From the IMG/VR virus record IMGVR_UViG_3300048927_000157, positions 1 to 64,000 of that record: a stretch of DNA of 64,000 nt. One strand, given 5' to 3'. The DNA comes from a virus. Position numbers and translations under genes: made by a program. How positions within the stretch are numbered: the first letter of the stretch is position 1; every line of letters begins with the position of its first letter. The notes under the pieces are model-generated. The model ran no database searches. It saw nothing but the letters and a program-made list of their open reading frames with translations, and was not told the origin of the DNA. This document shows positions 8,604-15,962 of this stretch, one piece after another.

Positions 8604-8610
8604 CAAACAT

Positions 8611-8682
8611 ACGTCTCTGGTGTTAATGGTAGCATAGGAGTCTCCAAAACTTTTGGTACGGGTTCGAATCCTGTGGGACGTG
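8611..8682 (+). tRNA. tRNA-Trp(CCA)
   Basis: Acceptor ACGTCTC/GGGACGT, loop CTCCAAA, T arm ACGGG-TTCGAAT-CCTGT. Confidence 0.85.
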
Positions 8683-8689
8683 CAAATTC

Positions 8690-8762
8690 GGGAGAATAGC
8701 TCCAGTGGTAGAGCAAGGGGCTGTTAACCTCTAGGTCGTGGGTTCGAATCCCACTTCTCCCT
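8690..8762 (+). tRNA. tRNA-Asn(GTT)
   Basis: GGGAGAA/TTCTCCC, D arm GCTC-CAGTGGTA-GAGC, loop CTGTTAA, T arm GTGGG-TTCGAAT-CCCAC. Confidence 0.9.
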
Positions 8763-8814
8763 CAATGATGTGCAGTCAAGCCTCTTTCCTATTTGGAAAC
8801 GTAACTGTACGATT

Positions 8815-8889
8815 GGGTCTAAGGTGTAATTAAGGTCTGCACGATAGTCTGAAAAACTGTAGGACTGGGTTCGATTCCCAGTGGACCCA
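8815..8889 (+). tRNA. tRNA-Phe(GAA)
   Basis: GGGTCTA/TGGACCC, loop CTGAAAA, T arm CTGGG-TTCGATT-CCCAG. CCA is encoded. Confidence 0.85.
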
Positions 8890-8895
8890 CCAATT

Positions 8896-8960
8896 CGGGT
8901 GGAAAGGTATTAGTGGAGTCGTGCACGGCTTACTAGGAGATTCAATTTCTCCCTGCTCGA
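8896..8960 (+). ncRNA. 65-nt tRNA-like element without an anticodon loop
   Basis: Acceptor CGGGTGG/CTGCTCG (with G-U pairs), T arm GGAGA-TTCAATT-TCTCC. The anticodon arm is replaced by AGTCG-TGCA-CGGCT (tetraloop) and the D region is truncated. Confidence 0.3.
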
Positions 8961-9030
8961 CAATTATGGGACTGTTACTAATTTATAGAATTCCTTAAAT
9001 GGAAATGAGCATAAAATTAGATTTTAAATT

Positions 9031-9111
9031 GGGTACTGAAAGTCATTTGGATATGGCAGCTTGTCTGTAAAACAGGTCTCTAGGGGAGTGGTTCGAGTCC
9101 ACCAGGACCCA
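9031..9111 (+). tRNA. tRNA-Tyr(GTA), long variable arm
   Basis: GGGTACT/AGGACCC (one mismatch), anticodon arm CTTGT-CTGTAAA-ACAGG, T loop TTCGAGT. CCA is encoded. Confidence 0.8.
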
Positions 9112-9117
9112 CCATAA

Positions 9118-9189
9118 CGGGTAGTATATCAATGGTCGATTACTTGCATTGGAAGCAAGAGGATGCAGGTTCGAGTCCTGTCTACCCGA
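9118..9189 (+). tRNA. tRNA-Pro(TGG)
   Basis: CGGGTAG/CTACCCG, CTTGC-ATTGGAA-GCAAG, GCAGG-TTCGAGT-CCTGT. Confidence 0.9.
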
Positions 9190-9301
9190 CAAAAATCCGT
9201 CAGTTAAAGCTGTAAGCCTTGAGGCAAGGTCGTTTTCGAGGATTAAGAAATCTAGGCAGTATATGTTTCGGGTTCGATTTCTGCTCTAAATCGAAAGAAA
9301 A

Positions 9302-9375
9302 GCTCCTATAGCTGAATTGGTTAAAGCAACATCCTTTTAAGATGTAGACTGAAGGTTCGAGTCCTTCTGGGGGCA
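9302..9375 (+). tRNA. tRNA-Lys(TTT)
   Basis: GCTCCTA/TGGGGGC, ACATC-CTTTTAA-GATGT, GAAGG-TTCGAGT-CCTTC. Confidence 0.9.
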
Positions 9376-9392
9376 CAATTAAAATTAATATT

Positions 9393-9590
9393 ATGTGGGC
9401 ACAATGCAACTTTAAGAAAAAAGATTCTGAAAAAACAACCCAAGGATGGATTCCTTTGAAACATGCTAAGGTTGGAAAATTCATGCAATTGCTCGACTTA
9501 GGTACTGACTTTTGGGAGGTAACTTTTGTAGGTACAACTACAGACAAAGATCCATCTATCAGTTATAGAACCTGGAATAACAACATTTAA
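9393..9590 (+). CDS. hypothetical protein
   Basis: 65-aa ORF filling the gap between tRNA-Lys and tRNA-Val. Confidence 0.45.
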   Translation: MWAQCNFKKKDSEKTTQGWIPLKHAKVGKFMQLLDLGTDFWEVTFVGTTTDKDPSISYRTWNNNI

Positions 9591-9648
9591 CTACCTACGG
9601 GTTCCAGTAAAAGTGAGATAAGTTTAGTTAGGACTCACATAGTTGTAT

Positions 9649-9719
9649 GCCTCGTTGATGTAATGGTAGCTTCCTTGTCTTACATACAAGTGGAAAAGGT
9701 TCGATTCCTTTACGAGGTA
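9649..9719 (+). tRNA. tRNA-Val(TAC)
   Basis: GCCTCGT/ACGAGGT, CTTGT-CTTACAT-ACAAG, AAAGG-TTCGATT-CCTTT. Confidence 0.9.
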
Positions 9720-9721
9720 CA

Positions 9722-9991
9722 ATGAAATATATTTGTGATAACAAAAGACATCTAGTCTGTTTGCCATATTCTAAACAGAATCTGCATAAAATGGCTAGAG
9801 ACCTTGGGATAAACATTTGCTGGTTTCATAAAAATCATTACGATATACCCAAGAGTAGAATTCAAGATGTGATGGAACGATGTACAGTAGTATCACCAAA
9901 GGACATAGTAAGAATTATAAAAGGAGAGTATGAAATTAAAGAACATAGTAATAGCATTGAAGGAGCAGCTTCCACTAAAGAGATTTATTAA
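9722..9991 (+). CDS. DUF4031-like protein
   Basis: ...LHKMARDLGINICWFHKNHYDIPKSRIQDVMERCTVVSPKDIVRII matches the remembered DUF4031 pattern (eLh.fA..lGi....f...HYDv). Confidence 0.55.
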   Translation: MKYICDNKRHLVCLPYSKQNLHKMARDLGINICWFHKNHYDIPKSRIQDVMERCTVVSPKDIVRIIKGEYEIKEHSNSIEGAASTKEIY

Positions 9992-10022
9992 GAATTTCTT
10001 TATAACCAGAAATGCCTGGGGA

Positions 10023-10205
10023 ATGTTCCATAAGAATTCTCATCAAAGATCTGATACAGGTAAACCTAAGGTAATGTATAATACCAGGGAGACTGCTTTG
10101 AAGTCAGCAATTAGTATGGGGAAAAAGAAAGGAGTACACTTTAGTACTTACAAATGTGTCTTCTGTGATGGTTATCACATAGGAAGAAACAGAGATAACA
10201 AATAA
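10023..10205 (+). CDS. small basic protein with C-terminal CxxC...H motif
   Basis: Track ORF 9930..10205 trimmed to MFHKNSHQRS... C-terminal YKCVFCDGYHIGRNR. Confidence 0.45.
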   Translation: MFHKNSHQRSDTGKPKVMYNTRETALKSAISMGKKKGVHFSTYKCVFCDGYHIGRNRDNK

Positions 10206-10207
10206 CT

Positions 10208-10280
10208 GGGCTGGTAGTTTAATTGGCTAAAACCAAAGTTTTGCAAACTTTAAACCAGGGTTCGATCCCCTGTCGGTCCA
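10208..10280 (+). tRNA. tRNA-Ala(TGC)
   Basis: GGGCTGG/TCGGTCC with the G3:U70 identity pair, AAAGT-TTTGCAA-ACTTT, CAGGG-TTCGATC-CCCTG. Confidence 0.9.
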
Positions 10281-10286
10281 CAAAAT

Positions 10287-10366
10287 GCTCTCATGGTGGA
10301 ATTGGTAGACACGTAAGACTTAAAATCTTATCCTTCGGGGTCTGGGTTCGAGTCCCAGTGGGAGTA
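10287..10366 (+). tRNA. tRNA-Leu(TAA)
   Basis: GCTCTCA/TGGGAGT, TAAGA-CTTAAAA-TCTTA, long variable arm, CTGGG-TTCGAGT-CCCAG. Confidence 0.9.
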
Positions 10367-10483
10367 CAAAGCCTATCCGAATTGAAGGAGTAGGGTATTG
10401 ATGAACTAGGGGTTCGATTCCCCTGACTTATGAAGGTTCGTAGCCTGACAGTGGTTGGTATCAAAAAGCAATTAGGGGTAATT

Positions 10484-10564
10484 GCCCATATGGTGGAATG
10501 GTAGACACGGCTGTCTTAGAAGCAGTTCCCGAAAGGGGTGTAGGTTCGAGTCCTACTATGGGTA
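10484..10564 (+). tRNA. tRNA-Leu(TAG)
   Basis: GCCCATA/TATGGGT, GCTGT-CTTAGAA-GCAGT, long variable arm, GTAGG-TTCGAGT-CCTAC. Confidence 0.9.
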
Positions 10565-10587
10565 CAATAATAATCAAAAGAGAAATA

Positions 10588-10971
10588 ATGAAAGCAATAG
10601 TAGCAAAAAACAATCTGTCAGTTATTGGTAATCATCATATGTTACCTTGGAAATGTAAGGAAGACTTGAAATTATTTAAGAGTCTAACCTTAGGACAAAA
10701 ATGTTTGGTAGGGTATAACACCTTTATCAACCTTCCTAAGTTAAAAGATAGAGAACTTATCCTGGATAAAAGAGGAGTTGAATTAATTACAGAGCCAGTT
10801 GACTGGTGTATTGGAGGAGCCAAAACTTATGAAAAGTATTGTCACTTATTTACAGAGTTGCACATTTCTATAATTGATAACAATTCTACAGGAGATACAA
10901 TATTTCCTAATCTACAAAACTTAAACAAAGATTGTAAAATAATCTTCCATTATTTCTCGGAAGATAAATAA
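10588..10971 (+). CDS. folA: dihydrofolate reductase
   Basis: MKAIVAKNNLSVIGNHHMLPW..EDLKLFKSLTLGQ..GYNTF...IGGAKTYEKY...GDTIFP is a classic DHFR motif order. The track ORF start at 10498 lies inside tRNA-Leu, so it was trimmed. Confidence 0.9.
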   Translation: MKAIVAKNNLSVIGNHHMLPWKCKEDLKLFKSLTLGQKCLVGYNTFINLPKLKDRELILDKRGVELITEPVDWCIGGAKTYEKYCHLFTELHISIIDNNSTGDTIFPNLQNLNKDCKIIFHYFSEDK

Positions 10972-10982
10972 AAGTTAAAACA

Positions 10983-11495
10983 ATGAAAAAAGTAGATTTT
11001 CGTAAATGCTTGGTACTTGATTCACAGTATTTACCTAGACAAATTGTGACATCTGAAAGAGCTTATGTAGTTTCTCTTAAAGGTAATGCAGATATTCTAC
11101 ATGAACACCCTGAGAGATTCGGGTTAGTAAACCCAGAATTGGAGATCTTCAGACCGTCCGTAATAAGAGTTCCGAGATTCATCAATCTGGATATCCACAA
11201 GGTTCCTTGTAACAGGGACAATGTTTTCAAAAGAGATAATTACACATGTGTGTACTGTGGAGAGGATGATGCAAGAGCAATGACTATTGACCACGTAATC
11301 CCTAAATCTAAAGGTGGAAAGGATACTTGGGACAACTTAGTAACTGCTTGTAAACCTTGTAACTCAGACAAAAATGACTTAACAATAGAAGAGTGGGGTA
11401 AGGAGAATCCAAATCCTAGAAGACCACACTACTTGATGTTTATCAAACATCTAGGTGCTATTCCAAAAGATTGGGAGCAGTACTTACTAAAATAA
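10983..11495 (+). CDS. HNH endonuclease
   Basis: CVYCGEDDARAMTIDHVIPKSKGGKDTWDNLVTACKPCNSDKN. Confidence 0.9.
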   Translation: MKKVDFRKCLVLDSQYLPRQIVTSERAYVVSLKGNADILHEHPERFGLVNPELEIFRPSVIRVPRFINLDIHKVPCNRDNVFKRDNYTCVYCGEDDARAMTIDHVIPKSKGGKDTWDNLVTACKPCNSDKNDLTIEEWGKENPNPRRPHYLMFIKHLGAIPKDWEQYLLK

Positions 11496-11579
11496 AAATA
11501 TCAATCCCCCAGATGCCTCTGCTTGTATGCACACTTTCTGGGGCTTGTAATCGGAGGGAATCTGGCTGGATGAAGAGCT

Positions 11580-11936
11580 ATGGATAATAAAACAATGTAT
11601 TCTCAATTAGGTGAGATAAAAGTAATGGCTGATTTAGCTAGTAAAGGTTATCACATTTTTAATCAAGTGAGTGGTAAAGCACCTTTTGATTTGTTCGTCT
11701 ATAAAGATGGAGAGTCTAAAAGAGTATCTGTTAAATCAACTATCAAAGATCCAAATAGTTTGGGCAAATATAACATAGAGCTAAGAAGAATTAGATCAAA
11801 CAAAAATACTAATACTATCTATAAAATAGAAGTTGATGAGTTTGACATTTTAGCCATCTATATACAAAAAGAAGATAGAATTGTCTACCTAAATATAGAC
11901 GAAGTTATTGGTAAGACGGCTATCTTTGTAAAATAA
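11580..11936 (+). CDS. PD-(D/E)XK-family endonuclease-like protein
   Basis: GEIKVMADLASKGYHIF...APFDLFVYKDGESKRVSVKST shows the D...(S/E)-x-K core typical of small PD-(D/E)XK or Hjc-like nucleases. Confidence 0.55.
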   Translation: MDNKTMYSQLGEIKVMADLASKGYHIFNQVSGKAPFDLFVYKDGESKRVSVKSTIKDPNSLGKYNIELRRIRSNKNTNTIYKIEVDEFDILAIYIQKEDRIVYLNIDEVIGKTAIFVK

Positions 11937-11942
11937 CAATTC

Positions 11943-12023
11943 GGAGGATTGGCAGAATGGTATTGCAGCAGTCTTGAAAACTGTGACCCTCTGGGTCTGA
12001 GAGTTCGAATCTCTCATCCTCCT
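11943..12023 (+). tRNA. tRNA-Ser(TGA)
   Basis: GGAGGAT/ATCCTCC, GCAGT-CTTGAAA-ACTGT, long variable arm, GAGAG-TTCGAAT-CTCTC. Confidence 0.9.
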
Positions 12024-12031
12024 CATATTAT

Positions 12032-12115
12032 GGAAGTTAAATCTATCGGGGTATAGACTTTGTTTGCTAAACAAATGGGACCTCAGGGTCTGGGAATCGT
12101 GCTCTCTGGCTTCCT
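12032..12115 (+). tRNA. tRNA-Ser(GCT) with a non-canonical T loop
   Basis: GGAAGTT/GGCTTCC, D arm TCTA-TCGGGGTA-TAGA, TTTGT-TTGCTAA-ACAAA, long variable arm. The T arm GGGA-ATCGTGC-TCTC lacks TTC. Confidence 0.55.
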
Positions 12116-12132
12116 CACTTAAATTATTTTTT

Positions 12133-12381
12133 ATGAGTAGAACTTACAGAAGACCATCTCAACATAGATGGATGGGTGTAAATCACTTAAAAACAGTAAG
12201 AGATGGTAGTAGAACGAGACCATCTAAATTTTGTGAGCATAATGGTGGATGCAATATTTGTGAGGGCAATAGAATGCATAAACATCAGAAACAGAGAACA
12301 TTAACACAGGAGATAGACCTATTTAACGAAGAGGAATACTGGATGTTTTTCGAGGATGAATACTGGGTTTATTTCTTTTAA
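12133..12381 (+). CDS. small basic protein with Cys/His cluster and aromatic-acidic tail
   Basis: Track ORF trimmed to MSRTYRRPSQHR... Contains CEHNGGCNICEGNRMHKH. The original start lay inside tRNA-Ser. Confidence 0.5.
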   Translation: MSRTYRRPSQHRWMGVNHLKTVRDGSRTRPSKFCEHNGGCNICEGNRMHKHQKQRTLTQEIDLFNEEEYWMFFEDEYWVYFF

Positions 12382-12412
12382 CAAAACTTTAACTAATAAT
12401 TTCTATTAGAAA

Positions 12413-12446
12413 TTTGCATATGTCAAAAACATTTTGTATATTTGCA
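12413..12446 (+). promoter_or_regulatory. phage consensus promoter
   Basis: TTTGCATATGTCAAAAACATTTTGTATATTTGCA, with upstream AACAAAACTTTAAC. Confidence 0.7.
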
Positions 12447-12463
12447 GAAGTAAAAATTTAAAC

Positions 12464-12553
12464 ATGACAACAACTAGACAACATATTGAGATAACTATTG
12501 GCTGCCAAGGGCAATCAACAGGGATTAGTTTGTCTGATGTCATCTATGATTAG
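12464..12553 (+). CDS. 29-codon ORF, or a short RNA, between promoter and terminator
   Basis: MTTTRQHIEITIGCQGQSTGISLSDVIYD with a TAG stop. Same cassette layout as 8279-8518. Confidence 0.3.
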   Translation: MTTTRQHIEITIGCQGQSTGISLSDVIYD

Positions 12554-12583
12554 ACAAATCAAATTTATTCTTCATAAATTTTA

Positions 12584-12628
12584 ATCCCTTGTGAATCCTC
12601 AACCGACTTTGCAGGGGATTTTTTATTT
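12584..12628 (+). terminator. rho-independent terminator
   Basis: ATCCCTTG...CAGGGGAT followed by TTTTTATTTT. Confidence 0.6.
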
Positions 12629-12629
12629 T

Positions 12630-12700
12630 GCCTCATTAGTATAATGGTATTATAGCTGCTTTGTAACCAGTAGATGTAGGTTCGATTCCTACATGAGGCT
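12630..12700 (+). tRNA. tRNA-Thr(TGT)
   Basis: GCCTCAT/ATGAGGC, loop TTTGTAA, GTAGG-TTCGATT-CCTAC. CCA is encoded. Confidence 0.8.
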
Positions 12701-12706
12701 CCAAAT

Positions 12707-12777
12707 GTGCTGTTGGTCGAGTGGTTAGACACTGCTCTGCAAAAGCAGGTACACTGGTTCGAATCCAGTACAGCACT
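12707..12777 (+). tRNA. tRNA-Cys(GCA)
   Basis: GTGCTGT/ACAGCAC, CTGCT-CTGCAAA-AGCAG, ACTGG-TTCGAAT-CCAGT. Confidence 0.9.
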
Positions 12778-12783
12778 CTAAAC

Positions 12784-12855
12784 AGACCTATCGTACAACG
12801 GTTAGTACACCTGACTTTGACTCAGGGTATCTAGGTTCGAATCCTAGTAGGTCTA
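12784..12855 (+). tRNA. tRNA-Gln(TTG)
   Basis: AGACCTA/TAGGTCT, CCTGA-CTTTGAC-TCAGG, CTAGG-TTCGAAT-CCTAG. Confidence 0.9.
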
Positions 12856-12877
12856 CAATGTTAAAGTTTGTTAAAAA

Positions 12878-12910
12878 CTTGCATATGTGAAAAAGTTTTT
12901 TTATCTTTGT
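12878..12910 (+). promoter_or_regulatory. phage consensus promoter
   Basis: CTTGCATATGTGAAAAAGTTTTTTTATCTTTGT. Confidence 0.6.
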
Positions 12911-12926
12911 AAAATTAATATCACAA

Positions 12927-13685
12927 ATGATACAAAAAAAATTTTATACAGAAAAAGAAGGAAGAGATCCAAATATCTACTTAGGTATTGATGAAAGTCA
13001 CATTCCTATTGAGTATGTAAAAGGAATATTTAGTGATGCAGGAAATGTCTACACTGATGACCCATTATGGGGAGAAGTACAATTTATAGTAACAGAAGAT
13101 GAAAAATCTTTAATACTGGTAACTACTAATCCTAACAGTTATGTAACAAAAGAAGATTTACAAAGCACTGATGTTTGGCATAAAATAGGATTTGCCTTTC
13201 CAGAGTATCAGGAGTTCACAAACTGGAGAAGTATCCAGGAATCCTTTGACTTAACTCCATTAGGTATATTGCTTAAAAGGTATAAAGCAGGAGAAACAGG
13301 TCTTTTAGAGTACGAAGAAAAGAAGTTTAATGATAAGGGTGAGTACATGAGGATTTATAGATCTTTTGATACAAGACCTCATCCAACAACTCCAGATGTT
13401 AGGGATACATTAAGAAGACACATTAATTTTGTGTATGCTGATGAACCCACTACAATGTGGCAGGACAGAGAAATGATTGTTAAGAGTAATACTAATAACA
13501 TCATGGAGCTTCTAAATTTAGAAGTTAAACCTCAGATTGATACATTGGCAGCAAATGGATTATTAAAGGTTTCAGAAGACCAAGAAAATAAAATTCAATT
13601 TATAATGGTCCCTAGTATGGGTAAACTCCAACTAGAATTTGATGAAACAATAGAAGATTTCTTCGTAACTAAAATAGATAAATAA
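12927..13685 (+). CDS. hypothetical protein
   Basis: 252-aa ORF following a promoter. No motif recognised. Confidence 0.65.
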   Translation: MIQKKFYTEKEGRDPNIYLGIDESHIPIEYVKGIFSDAGNVYTDDPLWGEVQFIVTEDEKSLILVTTNPNSYVTKEDLQSTDVWHKIGFAFPEYQEFTNWRSIQESFDLTPLGILLKRYKAGETGLLEYEEKKFNDKGEYMRIYRSFDTRPHPTTPDVRDTLRRHINFVYADEPTTMWQDREMIVKSNTNNIMELLNLEVKPQIDTLAANGLLKVSEDQENKIQFIMVPSMGKLQLEFDETIEDFFVTKIDK

Positions 13686-13922
13686 ATGAGTAAAACATTA
13701 GGACAAAAAAGAATTGGTGATTTCAACCCTTCAGGTGAAGGAGTAATTGATGGAATTAAACAAAGAGCTATTGAGCTTTTCGACTACATTAATGATAATG
13801 TGACAGCAGATTTAAATCCAGATGAAGCTTCTGAAATTTTGAGTTTGAAAACTTTAGCTTTGAGACTTGTAGAAGATGCAGCCATGAAAGGAGTGAAATC
13901 TTACATTCACTACAAAAAATAA
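13686..13922 (+). CDS. hypothetical protein
   Basis: The ORF abuts the previous stop. A hairpin ACCAGG-GAAA-CCTGGT follows it. Confidence 0.55.
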   Translation: MSKTLGQKRIGDFNPSGEGVIDGIKQRAIELFDYINDNVTADLNPDEASEILSLKTLALRLVEDAAMKGVKSYIHYKK

Positions 13923-13947
13923 AACATACCAGGGAAACCTGGTTTAA

Positions 13948-14021
13948 CTCCAGTTAGCTCAGTCTGGTAGAGCACTTCTCTGATAAGGAAGTTGTCATAG
14001 GTTCAAATCCTATACTGGAGA
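13948..14021 (+). tRNA. tRNA-Ile(GAT)
   Basis: CTCCAGT/ACTGGAG, GCTC-AGTCTGGTA-GAGC, CTTCT-CTGATAA-GGAAG, ATAGG-TTCAAAT-CCTAT. Confidence 0.9.
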
Positions 14022-14118
14022 CAAATAATAGTTGCCCACAAAACTTTCTACTTATGGACGGATGTCTATTAGGTGCACGAATCACTTTAATGTGAGAGTA
14101 GTTTGTCTATTATTAATT

Positions 14119-14190
14119 GCAGAATTCGTATAGGGGTTAATACTTCTGACTTCCAATCAGAAGACGTGAGTTCGAGTCTCACATTCTGCA
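14119..14190 (+). tRNA. tRNA-Gly(TCC)
   Basis: GCAGAAT/ATTCTGC, TCTGA-CTTCCAA-TCAGA, GTGAG-TTCGAGT-CTCAC. Confidence 0.9.
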
Positions 14191-14204
14191 CAAAATAAAA
14201 AACA

Positions 14205-14513
14205 ATGGATAGCTTATACTACGAATACAAAGATGTTTATGACACTTCAATGAAACAAATTCAAAACCTATTATTAATAGATTTGAAGCTTTCAGCATCA
14301 GGTAATACTCCAAAGGATTATATGCCACTTCACTCTGAAGATATAAAGTTTGAAGGAGATGTATTGAAGTCAATAAAGGTAAGACAAATGCCATTCTTAA
14401 TAAGTCCAAAGTTTGTTGACCAAGTAGATAATTTGTTAGGGTTAGCAAGATGGGCAAAGGAAAAAATGGAAAAAGAGCATATTAATGGGATTAGATATTC
14501 TACCTTACCATAA
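14205..14513 (+). CDS. hypothetical protein
   Basis: Co-directional ORF. The antisense ORF 14179..14457 is discounted. Confidence 0.55.
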   Translation: MDSLYYEYKDVYDTSMKQIQNLLLIDLKLSASGNTPKDYMPLHSEDIKFEGDVLKSIKVRQMPFLISPKFVDQVDNLLGLARWAKEKMEKEHINGIRYSTLP

Positions 14514-14514
14514 T

Positions 14515-14757
14515 ATGGCTGAAGTAAAAATTACAAATAAAGAAAAGCCTACTACATTCTTTGGGTTTAAAAGTAGACACTTTAAACTCTTAACAGATTT
14601 GTATTGGGTAGTAGATGTAAATTTTGAATCTGATACTAATTTTTATAACTATGTATGGCAAGGATTCAACCCAGAAATTTGGGAACTTAAAAATAGAAAT
14701 TATGTCCTTATAAAAGGACAACCCTATAGGGAATATTTATCAAGCAGAAAATTTTAA
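14515..14757 (+). CDS. hypothetical protein
   Basis: Track ORF trimmed to MAEVKITNKEK..., starting 1 nt after the previous stop. Confidence 0.55.
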   Translation: MAEVKITNKEKPTTFFGFKSRHFKLLTDLYWVVDVNFESDTNFYNYVWQGFNPEIWELKNRNYVLIKGQPYREYLSSRKF

Positions 14758-14777
14758 AATCAAAAAATAAAAGTAAA

Positions 14778-15200
14778 ATGGAATCAAAAATCAGAGAAGA
14801 CTATGTAAAAGCTTTAAAAGCAAAAGATGCAGTAACAAAGAGCACACTATCACTTTTAATTAGTGCAGTGGATAATGAAAAGATTGCTCTTAGAAGAGAT
14901 TTAACAGTAGATGAAGTTACCAAACTTATCTCAAGGGAAATAAAGAAAAGGAATCAATCTATTGAAGCCTACACCCTTTCCAAGAGAATTGATCTTGCTG
15001 TTAAGGAAGAATCAGAATTAAAAGTTCTTGAGTCTTACCTACCTCAGGCTTTAACTTATCCTGAATTAATCTCTTTGGTTAGACTAACTAAAGCAACTAA
15101 CCCAGGAATCCATGAAGGTAAACTATTTGGTTTAATCAACAAGGAATGTAAAGGTGTTACAAAAGCAGAGGAAATTAAAAAAGCAATAGCTGAAGCTTAA
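14778..15200 (+). CDS. GatB/YqeY-domain protein
   Basis: IREDYVKALKAKD...TLSLLISAV...EVTKLISREIKKRNQSIEAY...ELKVLESYLPQ follows the YqeY family pattern. Confidence 0.8.
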   Translation: MESKIREDYVKALKAKDAVTKSTLSLLISAVDNEKIALRRDLTVDEVTKLISREIKKRNQSIEAYTLSKRIDLAVKEESELKVLESYLPQALTYPELISLVRLTKATNPGIHEGKLFGLINKECKGVTKAEEIKKAIAEA

Positions 15201-15592
15201 TGAAAGTTATTATTGCAGGAGGAAGAGAGTTCAATAATTATGGACTTGTTAAAACCAAGTGTGATTACTTTCTAAAGAATCATGGTGACATCGAAATAGT
15301 TTCAGGCAGATGTTCTACGGGAATAAAAACATTCACAACATCAGACGGTATTAACGTATTTGGTGCAGATGGTCTCGGAGAATTATATGCTGCCGAAAAC
15401 AATTATAAAGTTCTACCCTATCCAGCCGATTGGAAAATGCATGGTAAAGCAGCAGGACCGATCAGAAATGAGCAAATGGCTCAGGAAGCTCATGTGCTTA
15501 TAGCTTTCTGGGACGGGATTAGCAAAGGAACAAAAGGAATGATAGATTATATGAAAAGTATGGGTAAACCAGTACGAGTAGTGTACTACTGA
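15200..15592 (+). CDS. SLOG-family (DUF2493-like) protein
   Basis: MKVIIAGGR...VSGRCSTG..GADGLGELYA...PADWKMHGKAAGPIRNEQM...LIAFWDGISKGTKGMI. Confidence 0.65.
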   Translation: MKVIIAGGREFNNYGLVKTKCDYFLKNHGDIEIVSGRCSTGIKTFTTSDGINVFGADGLGELYAAENNYKVLPYPADWKMHGKAAGPIRNEQMAQEAHVLIAFWDGISKGTKGMIDYMKSMGKPVRVVYY

Positions 15593-15648
15593 TAAACTTC
15601 GGGATAGTTTTGTATCTTTCAACCCCGTAAATAAAAGATACTTTATAT

Positions 15649-15721
15649 GGTGGTATTATTGTAGTGGTTAGCATGTTAGACTGTGACTCTGACGGGAAGG
15701 GTTCGAATCCCTTATATCACC
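15649..15721 (+). tRNA. tRNA-His(GTG) with encoded G-1
   Basis: G-1 plus GTGGTAT/ATATCAC and discriminator C, TTAGA-CTGTGAC-TCTGA, AAGGG-TTCGAAT-CCCTT. Confidence 0.85.
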
Positions 15722-15744
15722 CAAACTACAAGAAGGTAGATTAG

Positions 15745-15790
15745 ATGTTGTTAGTATGTGAAGTCTTATATTAACAACATTTTTATTTTA
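15745..15790 (+). terminator. rho-independent terminator
   Basis: ATGTTGTTA...TAACAACAT followed by TTTTTATTTT. Confidence 0.65.
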
Positions 15791-15891
15791 AAAAACATTA
15801 TGAGTTGGATTTATAAAATACCAGTCGAGAACATTGTTTTCATTGTCTTCTCAATCATCGAAAAACTTTAACAAAATTTTAACAAAAAATA

Positions 15892-15925
15892 TTTGCATAT
15901 TAAGAAAAGTTTTTATATCTTTGCA
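15892..15925 (+). promoter_or_regulatory. phage consensus promoter with upstream TTTAACAAAATTTTAAC element
   Basis: TTTGCATATTAAGAAAAGTTTTTATATCTTTGCA. The upstream element lies at 15866-15883. Confidence 0.7.
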
Positions 15926-15962
15926 AAGTAATAATTAATCAATAACCAAAAATCATAATAAG

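Noticed and set aside
9190-9300. A possible tRNA between tRNA-Pro and tRNA-Lys (GGGTTCGATTTCTGC).
   Set aside because: The T stem is mostly G-U or mismatched. No 5' strand complementary to TCTAAAT was found, and there is no anticodon arm. Treated as a relic.
9200-9816. Minus-strand ORFs 9200..9547 and 9628..9816.
   Set aside because: They are antisense to tRNA genes (Lys, Val) and to a plus-strand gene. They are artefacts of an AT-rich sequence with few stops.
10367-10483. A possible tRNA or permuted module between the two tRNA-Leu genes (perfect T arm AGGGG-TTCGATT-CCCCT and D-loop-like GTGGTTGG).
   Set aside because: No convincing acceptor pairing in either order (best 5-6 of 7, with the wrong spacing), and no anticodon stem.
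11889-12074. ORF 11889..12074(-).
   Set aside because: Antisense to tRNA-Ser(TGA) and tRNA-Ser(GCT).
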